64,000 nucleotides of DNA, from IMG/VR virus record IMGVR_UViG_3300009593_002680. One strand, written 5' to 3'. This DNA is from a virus. The notes under the pieces were generated by a model. The model had not been told where the DNA came from. It searched no databases and was given only the letters and a program-made list of their open reading frames with translations. This document shows positions 55,876 through 64,000 of the stretch, piece by piece; positions within the stretch are counted from its first letter, which is position 1; each line of letters begins with the position of its first letter. Position numbers and translations under genes: made by a program.

Positions 55876-57093
55876 ATGAAACTCGCTATCACCGGAGTGG
55901 GTATAGTCTCGCCTTTAGGCAATACACTTTCCGAGAATGTAGAAAACTTAAAGGCAATGCAGGTTCCTATTCAGGATTATAAACCTCAAGGTCATTTTAG
56001 TGATTGGATTTTAGAAGTAGAAAAAGCATTTCATTGCAATTATGAAGATGTTGACTTAGATGGCTTAATAGAAGCAAAGAATAAACGTTGGTTAGACCCT
56101 ACTGTTATTACAAGTATGATAGCAGTTGATGAAGCAGTACAGATGAGTGGTTTAAACTTTCCAAAGAATACACCAGTATTTGTAGGAACTATTAGAGGTG
56201 GTGCACCAAACCTAGCAAAGTATGGACAAATACTACATCAAAACAGACGTAAAGTACATCCACAGATATTATTAAGTAGTTCACATGAGTACGTTAGCAA
56301 TCATGTAAGCAGTCATTACAAATGGACTGGTGCAAGTATGGGTACTAGTGGAACATGCATTAGTGGAGTACAAGCATTAGACCTTGCTAGAAAGTATATG
56401 ATGACAGAAGATTATGATTGTGCTATTGTAGGTGCAACTGATTTTATGACTAGTTCAATGAGTACAATATACTTTCAATTGTTAGGTGCAATTAGTAAAG
56501 CAGGTAGAAGTGTACCTTGGGACGAAAGTAGAGATGGTTTTGTTATGGGAGAAGGAACAGTTTATCTAGTAGTTGAACCTTTAGAAAAAGCAAGAGAACG
56601 AGGGGCAAACAATATACGTTGGGTAGTAGATGGATTGGGTATTGCTAACGATGGTGCCCATGCTACCCAACCAGATTTAGAAGGCACTGGTGCCAGGATA
56701 GCAATAGATAAAGTATTTGAACAAGCAGGAACTACTGCTAGTGATTACAATGTATTAAATGCACATGCTACTAGTACACCATTTGGTGACCCTGTGGAAT
56801 ATAACGTGTTGAAAGATTATTTCTCAGAGGGAAGTCACTTATACGGCAATAAAGGTCAAGTGGGCCATTTAATGGGTGCTAGTGGTTTAGCAGAAGTTGT
56901 ATTAGGTGCAGAAGCAATGAAGCAAGGATTTATACCAGCAAATGCTGGACTAGAAAAACCATTCACAGATGATGGTTATTTTGACTTATTAACACAACCA
57001 AAAGAACAAAAATACACAAGGATGTTTAAAACATCGTTTGGATTTGGCGGCAGAAGTGCGGCAGTGAGTGTAGTAGATGAAAGAGAAGTTTAA
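55876..57093 (+). CDS. fabF: beta-ketoacyl-ACP synthase (FabF/FabB family)
   Basis: ITGVGIVSPLG, catalytic Cys in TCISG, NAHATST, GHLMGASG, SFGFGG; ATAAATA 5 nt upstream. Confidence 0.88.
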   Translation: MKLAITGVGIVSPLGNTLSENVENLKAMQVPIQDYKPQGHFSDWILEVEKAFHCNYEDVDLDGLIEAKNKRWLDPTVITSMIAVDEAVQMSGLNFPKNTPVFVGTIRGGAPNLAKYGQILHQNRRKVHPQILLSSSHEYVSNHVSSHYKWTGASMGTSGTCISGVQALDLARKYMMTEDYDCAIVGATDFMTSSMSTIYFQLLGAISKAGRSVPWDESRDGFVMGEGTVYLVVEPLEKARERGANNIRWVVDGLGIANDGAHATQPDLEGTGARIAIDKVFEQAGTTASDYNVLNAHATSTPFGDPVEYNVLKDYFSEGSHLYGNKGQVGHLMGASGLAEVVLGAEAMKQGFIPANAGLEKPFTDDGYFDLLTQPKEQKYTRMFKTSFGFGGRSAAVSVVDEREV

Positions 57094-57580
57094 ACAAGCA
57101 TTTATGACAGTGGCACAACAGTTTGCAGAACTGAGTAGTGCCAAACGAGCCCAAGTAGGTGCTATTATTGTTAAAGATAATAGAATTATTAGTATTGGAT
57201 ATAATGGAATGCCTAGTGGTTGGACTAACGATTGTGAAACAACAGAAACATGGAATGACGTTCCTCACATGAGAGAAAAGTATTTAGAACAAGGAGCAGT
57301 AATGCATAGTTCTCCCCATGGTAACACATGGAGTAGATTAAAAACAAAACCAGAAGTATTACATGCAGAAACTAATGCTATTGCAAAAGTGGCACAAAGT
57401 AATGATAACTGTAAAGATGCTTCTTTATTCTGCACACATGAACCTTGTATAGAATGTGCTAAACTAATATATCAATCAGGCATAAAAGAAGTTTATTTCA
57501 AAAATACATATAAAGCAGACAAAGGTTCCGGCAGAGACTTTTTAGAAAAAAGTGGGTGTGTAGTGGAACACATACAATGA
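57077..57580 (+). CDS. dCMP deaminase
   Basis: IISIGYNG, HAETNA, PCIEC. Confidence 0.92.
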   Translation: MKEKFKQAFMTVAQQFAELSSAKRAQVGAIIVKDNRIISIGYNGMPSGWTNDCETTETWNDVPHMREKYLEQGAVMHSSPHGNTWSRLKTKPEVLHAETNAIAKVAQSNDNCKDASLFCTHEPCIECAKLIYQSGIKEVYFKNTYKADKGSGRDFLEKSGCVVEHIQ

Positions 57581-58506
57581 AAGTAAATCCTACTAATGCA
57601 GGAGTACAAATTGACTGCAATATATCTAACCTTACAGAACAAGATTATCAAGACATCAATGAAATATATTTAGATAAATTGCTTATTACTTTTATCAATC
57701 AACCTTTTGAATCAATACCTTTTGCAAAGTTAGTATCTAAAATGGGTTCCTTTGCAAATTGGGAACAAATGTTATGGAAACAAGATGGTTCAAATATAGG
57801 TAAAACAGAATATCAAGACCCTTTTACTTTTGAAGAAGTAGATAACGATTACCCACTACAAAGAGTTACAGGTGAAAAAACAGATAAAGGATTGCCAACA
57901 GGTATATTTGGTAATGGTGAATTAGATTGGCATAGTAACATGAATGGTGATATGGATCGTGCTAGGGGTGTAGCATTACAAGGTGCATGGCATAGTGAAG
58001 GAACACATACTGCATTTATGGATACAGTAAAAGCATACGATGATATGTCAGATGAATTGAAAGAACGTTGTGAAGGTGTAATAGGTAATTATGAATATGC
58101 TCCTGAGAATTGGGCAAAGGGAGTAGCAACACCGCAACTACAAATGATGAAAGGCTTTGGGTTAGTTAATAACAAATACACAATGCCTTTAGTACATGAA
58201 GGTTTTAATGGCAAGAAAGGTTTATACTTTCATTATCATAATAATTGCCAGTTCGAAGATAAAGAACTTAAAAAAATATTAATGGAACATTGTTTCCAAG
58301 ACAAATACATTTATCAGCATAAATGGAACCCAGGCGATATAGTAATATCTGACCAAGTTCTAACTTTACATAAAAGGGTGGAATGGAATCCAGAGATTAT
58401 AGCAAAGCGAGTGCTACATAGGATAACATTCCACTACGATAATATGATAGAAAACTATTTTGAAAAATACACTAAAGTAAAGGAAACTGACAAGTTAGAG
58501 TATTAA
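57577..58506 (+). CDS. TauD/TfdA-family dioxygenase
   Basis: DWHSN, TAFMD..KAYDDM, HKWNPGDIVISDQ..LHKR, RVLHR. Confidence 0.8.
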   Translation: MKVNPTNAGVQIDCNISNLTEQDYQDINEIYLDKLLITFINQPFESIPFAKLVSKMGSFANWEQMLWKQDGSNIGKTEYQDPFTFEEVDNDYPLQRVTGEKTDKGLPTGIFGNGELDWHSNMNGDMDRARGVALQGAWHSEGTHTAFMDTVKAYDDMSDELKERCEGVIGNYEYAPENWAKGVATPQLQMMKGFGLVNNKYTMPLVHEGFNGKKGLYFHYHNNCQFEDKELKKILMEHCFQDKYIYQHKWNPGDIVISDQVLTLHKRVEWNPEIIAKRVLHRITFHYDNMIENYFEKYTKVKETDKLEY

Positions 58507-58507
58507 C

Positions 58508-59230
58508 ATGATTTTCGTTGACGAAGATAATCACGCAGTAATTTTAAGTGCTAGAAAATGTGGATTAATGACGTTACAGCATACTGTTACTGAACCAAAT
58601 AGACTTGGTCATAGATATGTAAACAAAAGTTTTTCTATGCCATTTTCAATTAATAGAAGTTTAGACCCTTGGGTAGAAAACACTGATATTATGAATGAAA
58701 ATAATATTGAAAATCCATTAGATATTGGGTATCCTACTTTTGATAAAAGTTCATGGGCAGATTATGACATTACACTTTTTATTAGAGACCCTTATGAAAG
58801 ATACATATCAGGTCTTTGGACTTGTTGGTATATTAAGTGGGTAGGAAATACAGAATGGTGGTCCCAGAGAGACTCAAACCTTCGATGGGCAAATAATGAT
58901 GAAAGAACACTTGAACAATTTGAAGAATGGTATGAAGCCTTAGTAGAAGTAATGCCTGAATATCATTTTCAAAATGGACATCTTAGACCTTTTTTACATA
59001 AAACAATTGGAATGGAATGTCGTACATTAGAAGTTGTTAATTCTAGTAATTTAGATTGGTGGTTAGCAAAAGAAGGTTTCCCACATAAACACATGAATAT
59101 ATCAAACCCAGCAGAAAAGCAACATATTCAAGAGTATATTGGACGAAATCATAAAGAAGGTATAATGAAAATGTTAGAAGAAGAGTACGAAATTTATAAT
59201 AAAATAAACCAAATATTGACCGTTTTTTAG
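58508..59230 (+). CDS. sulfotransferase-like protein
   Basis: ARKCG (5'-PSB-like) and IRDPYERYISG (3'-PB-like). Confidence 0.65.
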   Translation: MIFVDEDNHAVILSARKCGLMTLQHTVTEPNRLGHRYVNKSFSMPFSINRSLDPWVENTDIMNENNIENPLDIGYPTFDKSSWADYDITLFIRDPYERYISGLWTCWYIKWVGNTEWWSQRDSNLRWANNDERTLEQFEEWYEALVEVMPEYHFQNGHLRPFLHKTIGMECRTLEVVNSSNLDWWLAKEGFPHKHMNISNPAEKQHIQEYIGRNHKEGIMKMLEEEYEIYNKINQILTVF

Positions 59231-59231
59231 G

Positions 59232-59260
59232 TTGACTTTGAATAAAGGATACAGTATAAT
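59232..59260 (+). promoter_or_regulatory. sigma70 promoter TTGACT-N17-TATAAT, 6 nt before ATG
   Basis: Near consensus; no SD. Confidence 0.75.
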
Positions 59261-59266
59261 AAACCT

Positions 59267-59506
59267 ATGAGCAAGAAATCTAAGACACAAATGACTAAAG
59301 CAGAACTTATACAGTTAAGTACTGACTTAGAAAAGACTGTAAAAGAACAAGCAGTTGAAATAGAGGCACTACGAGCCGATAGAATTGCGTTGGATACAAC
59401 ATTAGTTGATCCTGATACAAGTTTAATTATTAGTGGAATGAATGCTAGAATTAAAGCATTAGAAGAAAAATTGCAAGTCATGGATAATAGGAAGGAATAT
59501 GAATAA
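59267..59506 (+). CDS. small coiled-coil protein
   Basis: 79 aa with heptad pattern. Confidence 0.55.
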   Translation: MSKKSKTQMTKAELIQLSTDLEKTVKEQAVEIEALRADRIALDTTLVDPDTSLIISGMNARIKALEEKLQVMDNRKEYE

Positions 59507-59888
59507 AGTTTTTGTATATGGCACACTTAAAAGTGGTGGGTCAATTAGAGGATTAAGTAACTTTGGAGACGGTGCTGTTATTGTTGGAAAAGCAACAACG
59601 ACATATCCTGATTATAAGATGATAGACTTGGGTGCTTTCCCAGGTGTACTTATGGGAGGAGAAAATAAAATCCAAGGTGAGGTTTGGGAAGTATCAGATG
59701 ATGTTGCAGAACAATTAGATGCAATAGAAGGATACCCAGATTTTTACAATAAAGTACCAACTGAAACTTCAGAAGGTAAAGCAATGATGTATTTTTTACC
59801 TAAAGACTACGATGGAAAATATCCAGAGCATGAAGATTCACAACAAATTAGCCTAGAAGGCGACACACTATTTTGGATAAATGGATAA
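59499..59888 (+). CDS. gamma-glutamylcyclotransferase (AIG2-like)
   Basis: VFVYGTLK, GEVWEV, LDAIEGYP. Confidence 0.85.
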   Translation: MNKVFVYGTLKSGGSIRGLSNFGDGAVIVGKATTTYPDYKMIDLGAFPGVLMGGENKIQGEVWEVSDDVAEQLDAIEGYPDFYNKVPTETSEGKAMMYFLPKDYDGKYPEHEDSQQISLEGDTLFWING

Positions 59889-60213
59889 AAGAGGGCAAGT
59901 TTACGAAATGAAGGATTTAGAAGATTTGGTTGAGTCAGTTGAGAAATGGCACCAAGACAGAAACTTAATTGACGGCTCTACAGATAAAGACCAAGTTTTA
60001 AAACTCATACAAGAGATGGGAGAACTATCTGATAATGTATGTAAAGGAAACGATATCAGAGATGATATTGGAGATATGTTAGTTGTTTTAATTAACATAG
60101 CAAAACGCAACAATCTAACATTAGAAAATTGTTTAGAAGTTGCATGGAATGATATTAAAGACCGTAAAGGCAAAATGGTTGATGGTATCTTTGTTAAAGA
60201 AGGAGACAGTTAA
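59881..60213 (+). CDS. MazG-like nucleotide pyrophosphohydrolase
   Basis: KLIQEMGEL, DDIGDMLV, AWNDIKDRKG. Confidence 0.85.
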   Translation: MDKRGQVYEMKDLEDLVESVEKWHQDRNLIDGSTDKDQVLKLIQEMGELSDNVCKGNDIRDDIGDMLVVLINIAKRNNLTLENCLEVAWNDIKDRKGKMVDGIFVKEGDS

Positions 60214-60350
60214 TGAACACTTTTTTACTTATAGTTTTAGGAATTATCATTGGATGGTTTATTCCTAGACCTTATTTTATTGGAGACCTTGAAGAAAGAT
60301 GGATTGGCCCAATAAAAGATAAAGTTCCTTACCACTTACGTTGGTGGTAA
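60213..60350 (+). CDS. 45-aa membrane micro-protein
   Basis: TAATG coupling, AGGAG SD, N-terminal hydrophobic helix; not in the ORF track. Confidence 0.6.
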   Translation: MNTFLLIVLGIIIGWFIPRPYFIGDLEERWIGPIKDKVPYHLRWW

Positions 60351-60351
60351 T

Positions 60352-60711
60352 ATGGAATTAGCACTGATAACTTTGTTAATAATCAAACACGTTATTGCAG
60401 ATTACTTTATGCAATATAGTTGGATGATAAAAGACAAAGGTACATATGGTGCATGGGGTGGCATCGCCCATAGTGGTTGGCATGCCATTCTAACATTTTT
60501 AGTATTATCACTATTTAACTTACCCACACTTTGGATTATTTTAATGGCTATATTAGATGGTGTTGTACACTATCATGTAGATTATGCTAAAAGTAATGTT
60601 TGGAAAACTAAAGGATATACTCCTGCACACCAAATGTATTGGGTAACACATGGAGTTGACCAACTCTTACATTTATTAACTTATGTGGCGATTGTGGCAT
60701 TATGCGTATAG
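60352..60711 (+). CDS. DUF3307-like membrane protein
   Basis: KHVIADYFMQ, HYHVDYAK, DQLLH. Confidence 0.8.
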   Translation: MELALITLLIIKHVIADYFMQYSWMIKDKGTYGAWGGIAHSGWHAILTFLVLSLFNLPTLWIILMAILDGVVHYHVDYAKSNVWKTKGYTPAHQMYWVTHGVDQLLHLLTYVAIVALCV

Positions 60712-61754
60712 AACGAGATATAAAATTAGATTACAAAGACGTATTATTACGTCCTAAGCGAAGTACAATGGGAAGTCGAAAAGAAGTTGACTTAACTCGT
60801 ACATATAAATTTAGAAACAGTCAAAGAGAATACACTGGTATTCCTATAATGGCGGCTAACATGCAAGGTGTTGGTACATTTGGAATGGCAGAAGAACTTA
60901 TCAAAGTTCCAATGTTTACTTGTTTAGATAAAACTTATCAACCTGCAGACATTTGGGATTGGCTAGGTAATCATGTACACAAACCAGACTTATGCAGAAA
61001 TGTTGCTATTAGTACAGGCATAACAGATATAGATGATGAACGTGTTGAAGCAACACTTAAATTATGTAGAAGTGTACAATATGTAAACATAGATGTTGCT
61101 AATGGTTATAGTGAAAGATTCTTAGACTATGTAGCACGTTTTAGAGATAAACATCCAGAACTAACAATTATTGCAGGTAACGTAGTTACTGCAGACATAA
61201 CAGAAGAACTATTATTAAAAGGAGCAGACATTGTTAAAGTGGGCATTGGGCCTGGTAGTGTTTGTACTACTAGGATTAAGACTGGCGTTGGATATCCACA
61301 ACTATCGGCTGTCATGGAATGTGCCGATGCCGCTCACGGTCTTGGTGGACACATCATTGCTGACGGCGGTTGTGCTAGTGCTGGAGATGTAGTTAAGGCA
61401 TTTGGTGCCGGTGCTGATTTTGTAATGCTAGGCGGAATGATGGCAGGTACAAAAGAAGGTATTGGTTATGAAGTCAGAGATGGCGGTAAAGTAGAATTTT
61501 TTGGTAGTAGCACTACTAATGCACAGGAGGAAACAGGTGGAGTTAAAGAACATAGAACAAGTGAAGGCAGAGTTGTATCGTTACCATACAAAGGTTCCGT
61601 TACTAATGTTATCACAGACGTTTTGGGAGGTTTGCGTAGTGGTTGCACTTATGTTGGTGCTAACAAACTAAAAAATCTTAGTAAGTGTACAACATTCGTA
61701 CAAGTACAGAGTACACATAACCCTGTATTTGAAGAATTACAGATAGGTGAGTGA
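60702..61754 (+). CDS. guaC: GMP reductase
   Basis: [45 protein letters not shown]; no CBS domains. Confidence 0.93.
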   Translation: MRIERDIKLDYKDVLLRPKRSTMGSRKEVDLTRTYKFRNSQREYTGIPIMAANMQGVGTFGMAEELIKVPMFTCLDKTYQPADIWDWLGNHVHKPDLCRNVAISTGITDIDDERVEATLKLCRSVQYVNIDVANGYSERFLDYVARFRDKHPELTIIAGNVVTADITEELLLKGADIVKVGIGPGSVCTTRIKTGVGYPQLSAVMECADAAHGLGGHIIADGGCASAGDVVKAFGAGADFVMLGGMMAGTKEGIGYEVRDGGKVEFFGSSTTNAQEETGGVKEHRTSEGRVVSLPYKGSVTNVITDVLGGLRSGCTYVGANKLKNLSKCTTFVQVQSTHNPVFEELQIGE

Positions 61755-62034
61755 GAAAGATAATGCTCACAATGAGCGAATATATTACAATAAAGAAGGC
61801 ATGATTATACCAGATAGTAAAAAAGCAGAACACATTATATGGGAACTAAAGTTTGAAATGAATAACCCACGTAATGATGGTTGGACAGGTTCAGATATGA
61901 AGAAAAGATTATGGGATATCAAAAATGCAGTAGATAAAGCATTATTAGATGCGCCAACATATTCTGGAGAAGAACCATATGAAGATATATATGTAATGAA
62001 GGTATTAAAAGGCGAAAGGAAAGAACTTAAATGA
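61747..62034 (+). CDS. hypothetical protein
   Basis: 95 aa ORF, GTG start. Confidence 0.55.
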   Translation: MSEKDNAHNERIYYNKEGMIIPDSKKAEHIIWELKFEMNNPRNDGWTGSDMKKRLWDIKNAVDKALLDAPTYSGEEPYEDIYVMKVLKGERKELK

Positions 62035-62822
62035 AATTAGGCATTATTGGTAAAGGCTTTGTAGGCTCAGCAGTAGCGAACGGCTTTGACCGAGATGTCG
62101 AACAGTTTGTGGTGGACCCACAATTTTCAGACAACACACTTGAACAACTTGTCGAGTTTGGGCCACCACTTCTTTTTATTTGTGTTCCAACACCAATATC
62201 AGAAGATGGTAGTTGTGATACAACTATTGTAAAAGATGTATTAATAGAATTATCTATGCGAGACTACAAAGGTGTTTGTGTAATAAAGAGTACAATTATA
62301 CCAGATTATTTACATGAATTCAAAAAAGAGTTTGATTTAAAAATAGTTTACAATCCAGAGTTTTTAACAGAAGCAAATGCAAATGAAGACTTTAAAAATC
62401 CTCCATTCCAAGTATTTGGTGGTAAGTGGAGAGATTGTGAAGTAGTAGAAAAAGCATATCTCAGACACAGTTCAGTTAGAATTGTCCCTACATTTAAAGT
62501 AGACTTAACAACAGCAAGTTTATTAAAGTACACAATTAACAGTTGGTTAGCAACTAAAGTAACATTCTTTAACGAACTAAAAGTATTGCATGAGTTAGGC
62601 AGTAGTATGGTTAGTTGGGAACAATTCACAGACATGTTAAGTAGAGATGAACGTATAGGCAACTCACACATGCAAGTCCCAGGACCAGATGGCAAAGAAG
62701 GATTTGGTGGACATTGTTTACCCAAAGACACAGAAGCATTACTTAACTATGCAAACAAAAAGAATATCAAAATGAGTGTATTGCGTAAAGCAGTATCCAC
62801 AAACAAAAAGATTAGAGATTAA
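62031..62822 (+). CDS. UDP-glucose/GDP-mannose dehydrogenase family protein (short, lacking C-terminal domain)
   Basis: GKGFVG, ICVPTP, IKSTI, YNPEFL, GFGGHCLPKD. Confidence 0.88.
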   Translation: MKLGIIGKGFVGSAVANGFDRDVEQFVVDPQFSDNTLEQLVEFGPPLLFICVPTPISEDGSCDTTIVKDVLIELSMRDYKGVCVIKSTIIPDYLHEFKKEFDLKIVYNPEFLTEANANEDFKNPPFQVFGGKWRDCEVVEKAYLRHSSVRIVPTFKVDLTTASLLKYTINSWLATKVTFFNELKVLHELGSSMVSWEQFTDMLSRDERIGNSHMQVPGPDGKEGFGGHCLPKDTEALLNYANKKNIKMSVLRKAVSTNKKIRD

Positions 62823-62828
62823 TCTAAA

Positions 62829-62858
62829 TTTAACATAATTGTAACATTTCTTTAACAT
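62829..62858. promoter_or_regulatory. triple direct repeat, 11-bp period (OmpR/PhoB-family-type operator)
   Basis: TTTAACAT-AAT-TGTAACAT-TTC-TTTAACAT; minus strand TGTTA-N6-TGTTA-N6-TGTTA. Confidence 0.6.
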
Positions 62859-62990
62859 TATATTGATAAATAATTTATGGAACAGTATGCTAACGAGCGG
62901 AAAATGTTCTAGTAGAAATTAGACAAGAAAGCATAAAACACACCATTAGGTAATAAGTTTGTAACTTTCTAAACAACCAAGGGGTTTAGA

Positions 62991-63317
62991 ATGAAACTTA
63001 TTATTGCAATCATGCTCACGAGCATGTTCATTCAACAGGCGCAAGCCAACACTTATATAGAAGTTAAAAATGAATTACCATTTAGAGACTTCAAATCTCA
63101 ACAAGACATTACCCATTATAGATTAGGATATAAATTCGATAACAACATGTATGTCGAAGGCGGACCTATGACTGATGGTAAAAGTTTTGAAGCCGGTTAT
63201 AAATTTACAAGAGGAAACTGGACATTCAAAGGAAAAGTTGAGGCAAAAGACAGAAACGACAGAGACTTTATAGGAAGTAAAGTGGAAACTGAAATACGTT
63301 ATACATTTGGAGATTAA
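62991..63317 (+). CDS. exported small beta-strand protein, probable outer-membrane protein
   Basis: Signal peptide ending AQA; alternating aromatic/hydrophobic strands; ends IRYTFGD. Confidence 0.6.
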   Translation: MKLIIAIMLTSMFIQQAQANTYIEVKNELPFRDFKSQQDITHYRLGYKFDNNMYVEGGPMTDGKSFEAGYKFTRGNWTFKGKVEAKDRNDRDFIGSKVETEIRYTFGD

Positions 63318-63318
63318 C

Positions 63319-64000
63319 ATGGATATGATGACTTTATTATGGACTTGCGTAGGTTTTGGCTTTGCAAGTTATACTGTTATAGCCAACGACAGTATTCAAA
63401 CATTAGGAACATGGATACAGTCAAACAAAGAAAAGTTTGATTGGACTACATTATGGCTTGGTGCAAGTAGTGTACTGCTATTTGCATTATGGTATGGCTG
63501 GACTGTTAATGGTGGAGACATCGCATACGGCAGGCTAGATAGAATTCCATACATAGAACCACAGTGGTATCATGCATTAGCACCAGGTGTATTGCTTGTA
63601 TTAACACGTTTTGGTGTACCAGTAAGTACATCGTTCTTAGTGTTAAGTGCATTTGCTAGTACGTTTGTTTTAGAGAAAATGCTAGTAAAAAGTTTTGCAG
63701 GATACGGAGTAGCGGCAGTTAGTGCCTACATTATATGGGCAGTAGTAACAAAATGGATGTCTAATATACAAGTAGGTGGTAGCGAACGTAATTGGCGTAT
63801 AGCACAATGGACAGTTACAGGTTGGTTATGGTGGACTTGGTTATCACATGACATGGCTAACATGGCAGTATTCTTACCACGTGAAGTAGATGCTTTAACA
63901 TTAGCAGGTATATCAGCATTGTTTATTGCTGGTATGGGTTGGATGTTTAAAGAGCAAGGTGGTAAAATACAAAACGTTGTTATCAGTAAAACAGATACTA
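63319..64000 (+). CDS. 3'-truncated PiT (inorganic phosphate transporter)-like permease
   Basis: Multi-TM; ANDS, GVPVSTS and SHDMAN resemble the PiT signature motifs; runs off the window; not in the ORF track. Confidence 0.65.
   Translation, partial: MDMMTLLWTCVGFGFASYTVIANDSIQTLGTWIQSNKEKFDWTTLWLGASSVLLFALWYGWTVNGGDIAYGRLDRIPYIEPQWYHALAPGVLLVLTRFGVPVSTSFLVLSAFASTFVLEKMLVKSFAGYGVAAVSAYIIWAVVTKWMSNIQVGGSERNWRIAQWTVTGWLWWTWLSHDMANMAVFLPREVDALTLAGISALFIAGMGWMFKEQGGKIQNVVISKTDT

Noticed and set aside
62877-62912. 11-aa ORF 4 nt after ATAAATA
   Set aside because: Too short to support, and spacing differs from the 5-nt class; could still be a leader peptide

Overview
A 64-kb, AT-rich, gene-dense segment of a large T4-like (myovirus-type) bacteriophage genome, standard genetic code, cut inside a gene at both ends. 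Viral origin is inferred from T4-type lysozyme, denV, an SleB-type hydrolase, many acidic virion-type ORFs, recurrent ATAAATA late-promoter boxes (T4 gp55-type), near-consensus (GG)TTGACA-N16/17-TATAAT early promoters and intrinsic terminators. No capsid, terminase or polymerase gene is recognisable here. The host is probably a proteobacterium (TIGR02001-type outer-membrane protein, FdxA-type ferredoxin, ROSE-like element); this is inference. The window carries many host-type genes: sufB-sufC-sufD-sufS-sufT, clpX, clpS, hsp20, ribosomal proteins bS21 and bL33, peptide deformylase, two fatty-acid desaturases, a FabF-like synthase, a GH6 glucanase, QueD, GMP reductase, ferritin-like and peroxiredoxin genes, glycosyl-, methyl- and sulfotransferases, several 2OG-Fe(II) oxygenases and two tRNAs. 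The most striking unexplained signals are non-coding. (1) Eight genes have ATAAATA exactly 5 nt before an SD-less ATG, and three sigma70 promoters sit 6-7 nt before an ATG, which predicts a large leaderless-mRNA class alongside SD-led structural genes. (2) A roughly 350-nt structured, GGA-rich, internally duplicated RNA lies upstream of hsp20. (3) A ROSE-like thermometer hairpin covers the hsp20 SD. (4) A TGTTA-N6 triple direct repeat precedes a predicted OMP and a PiT-like permease. (5) Further structured RNAs precede the tRNAs and the ferredoxin. All family calls are from motif recognition by eye; no database search or folding computation was run.
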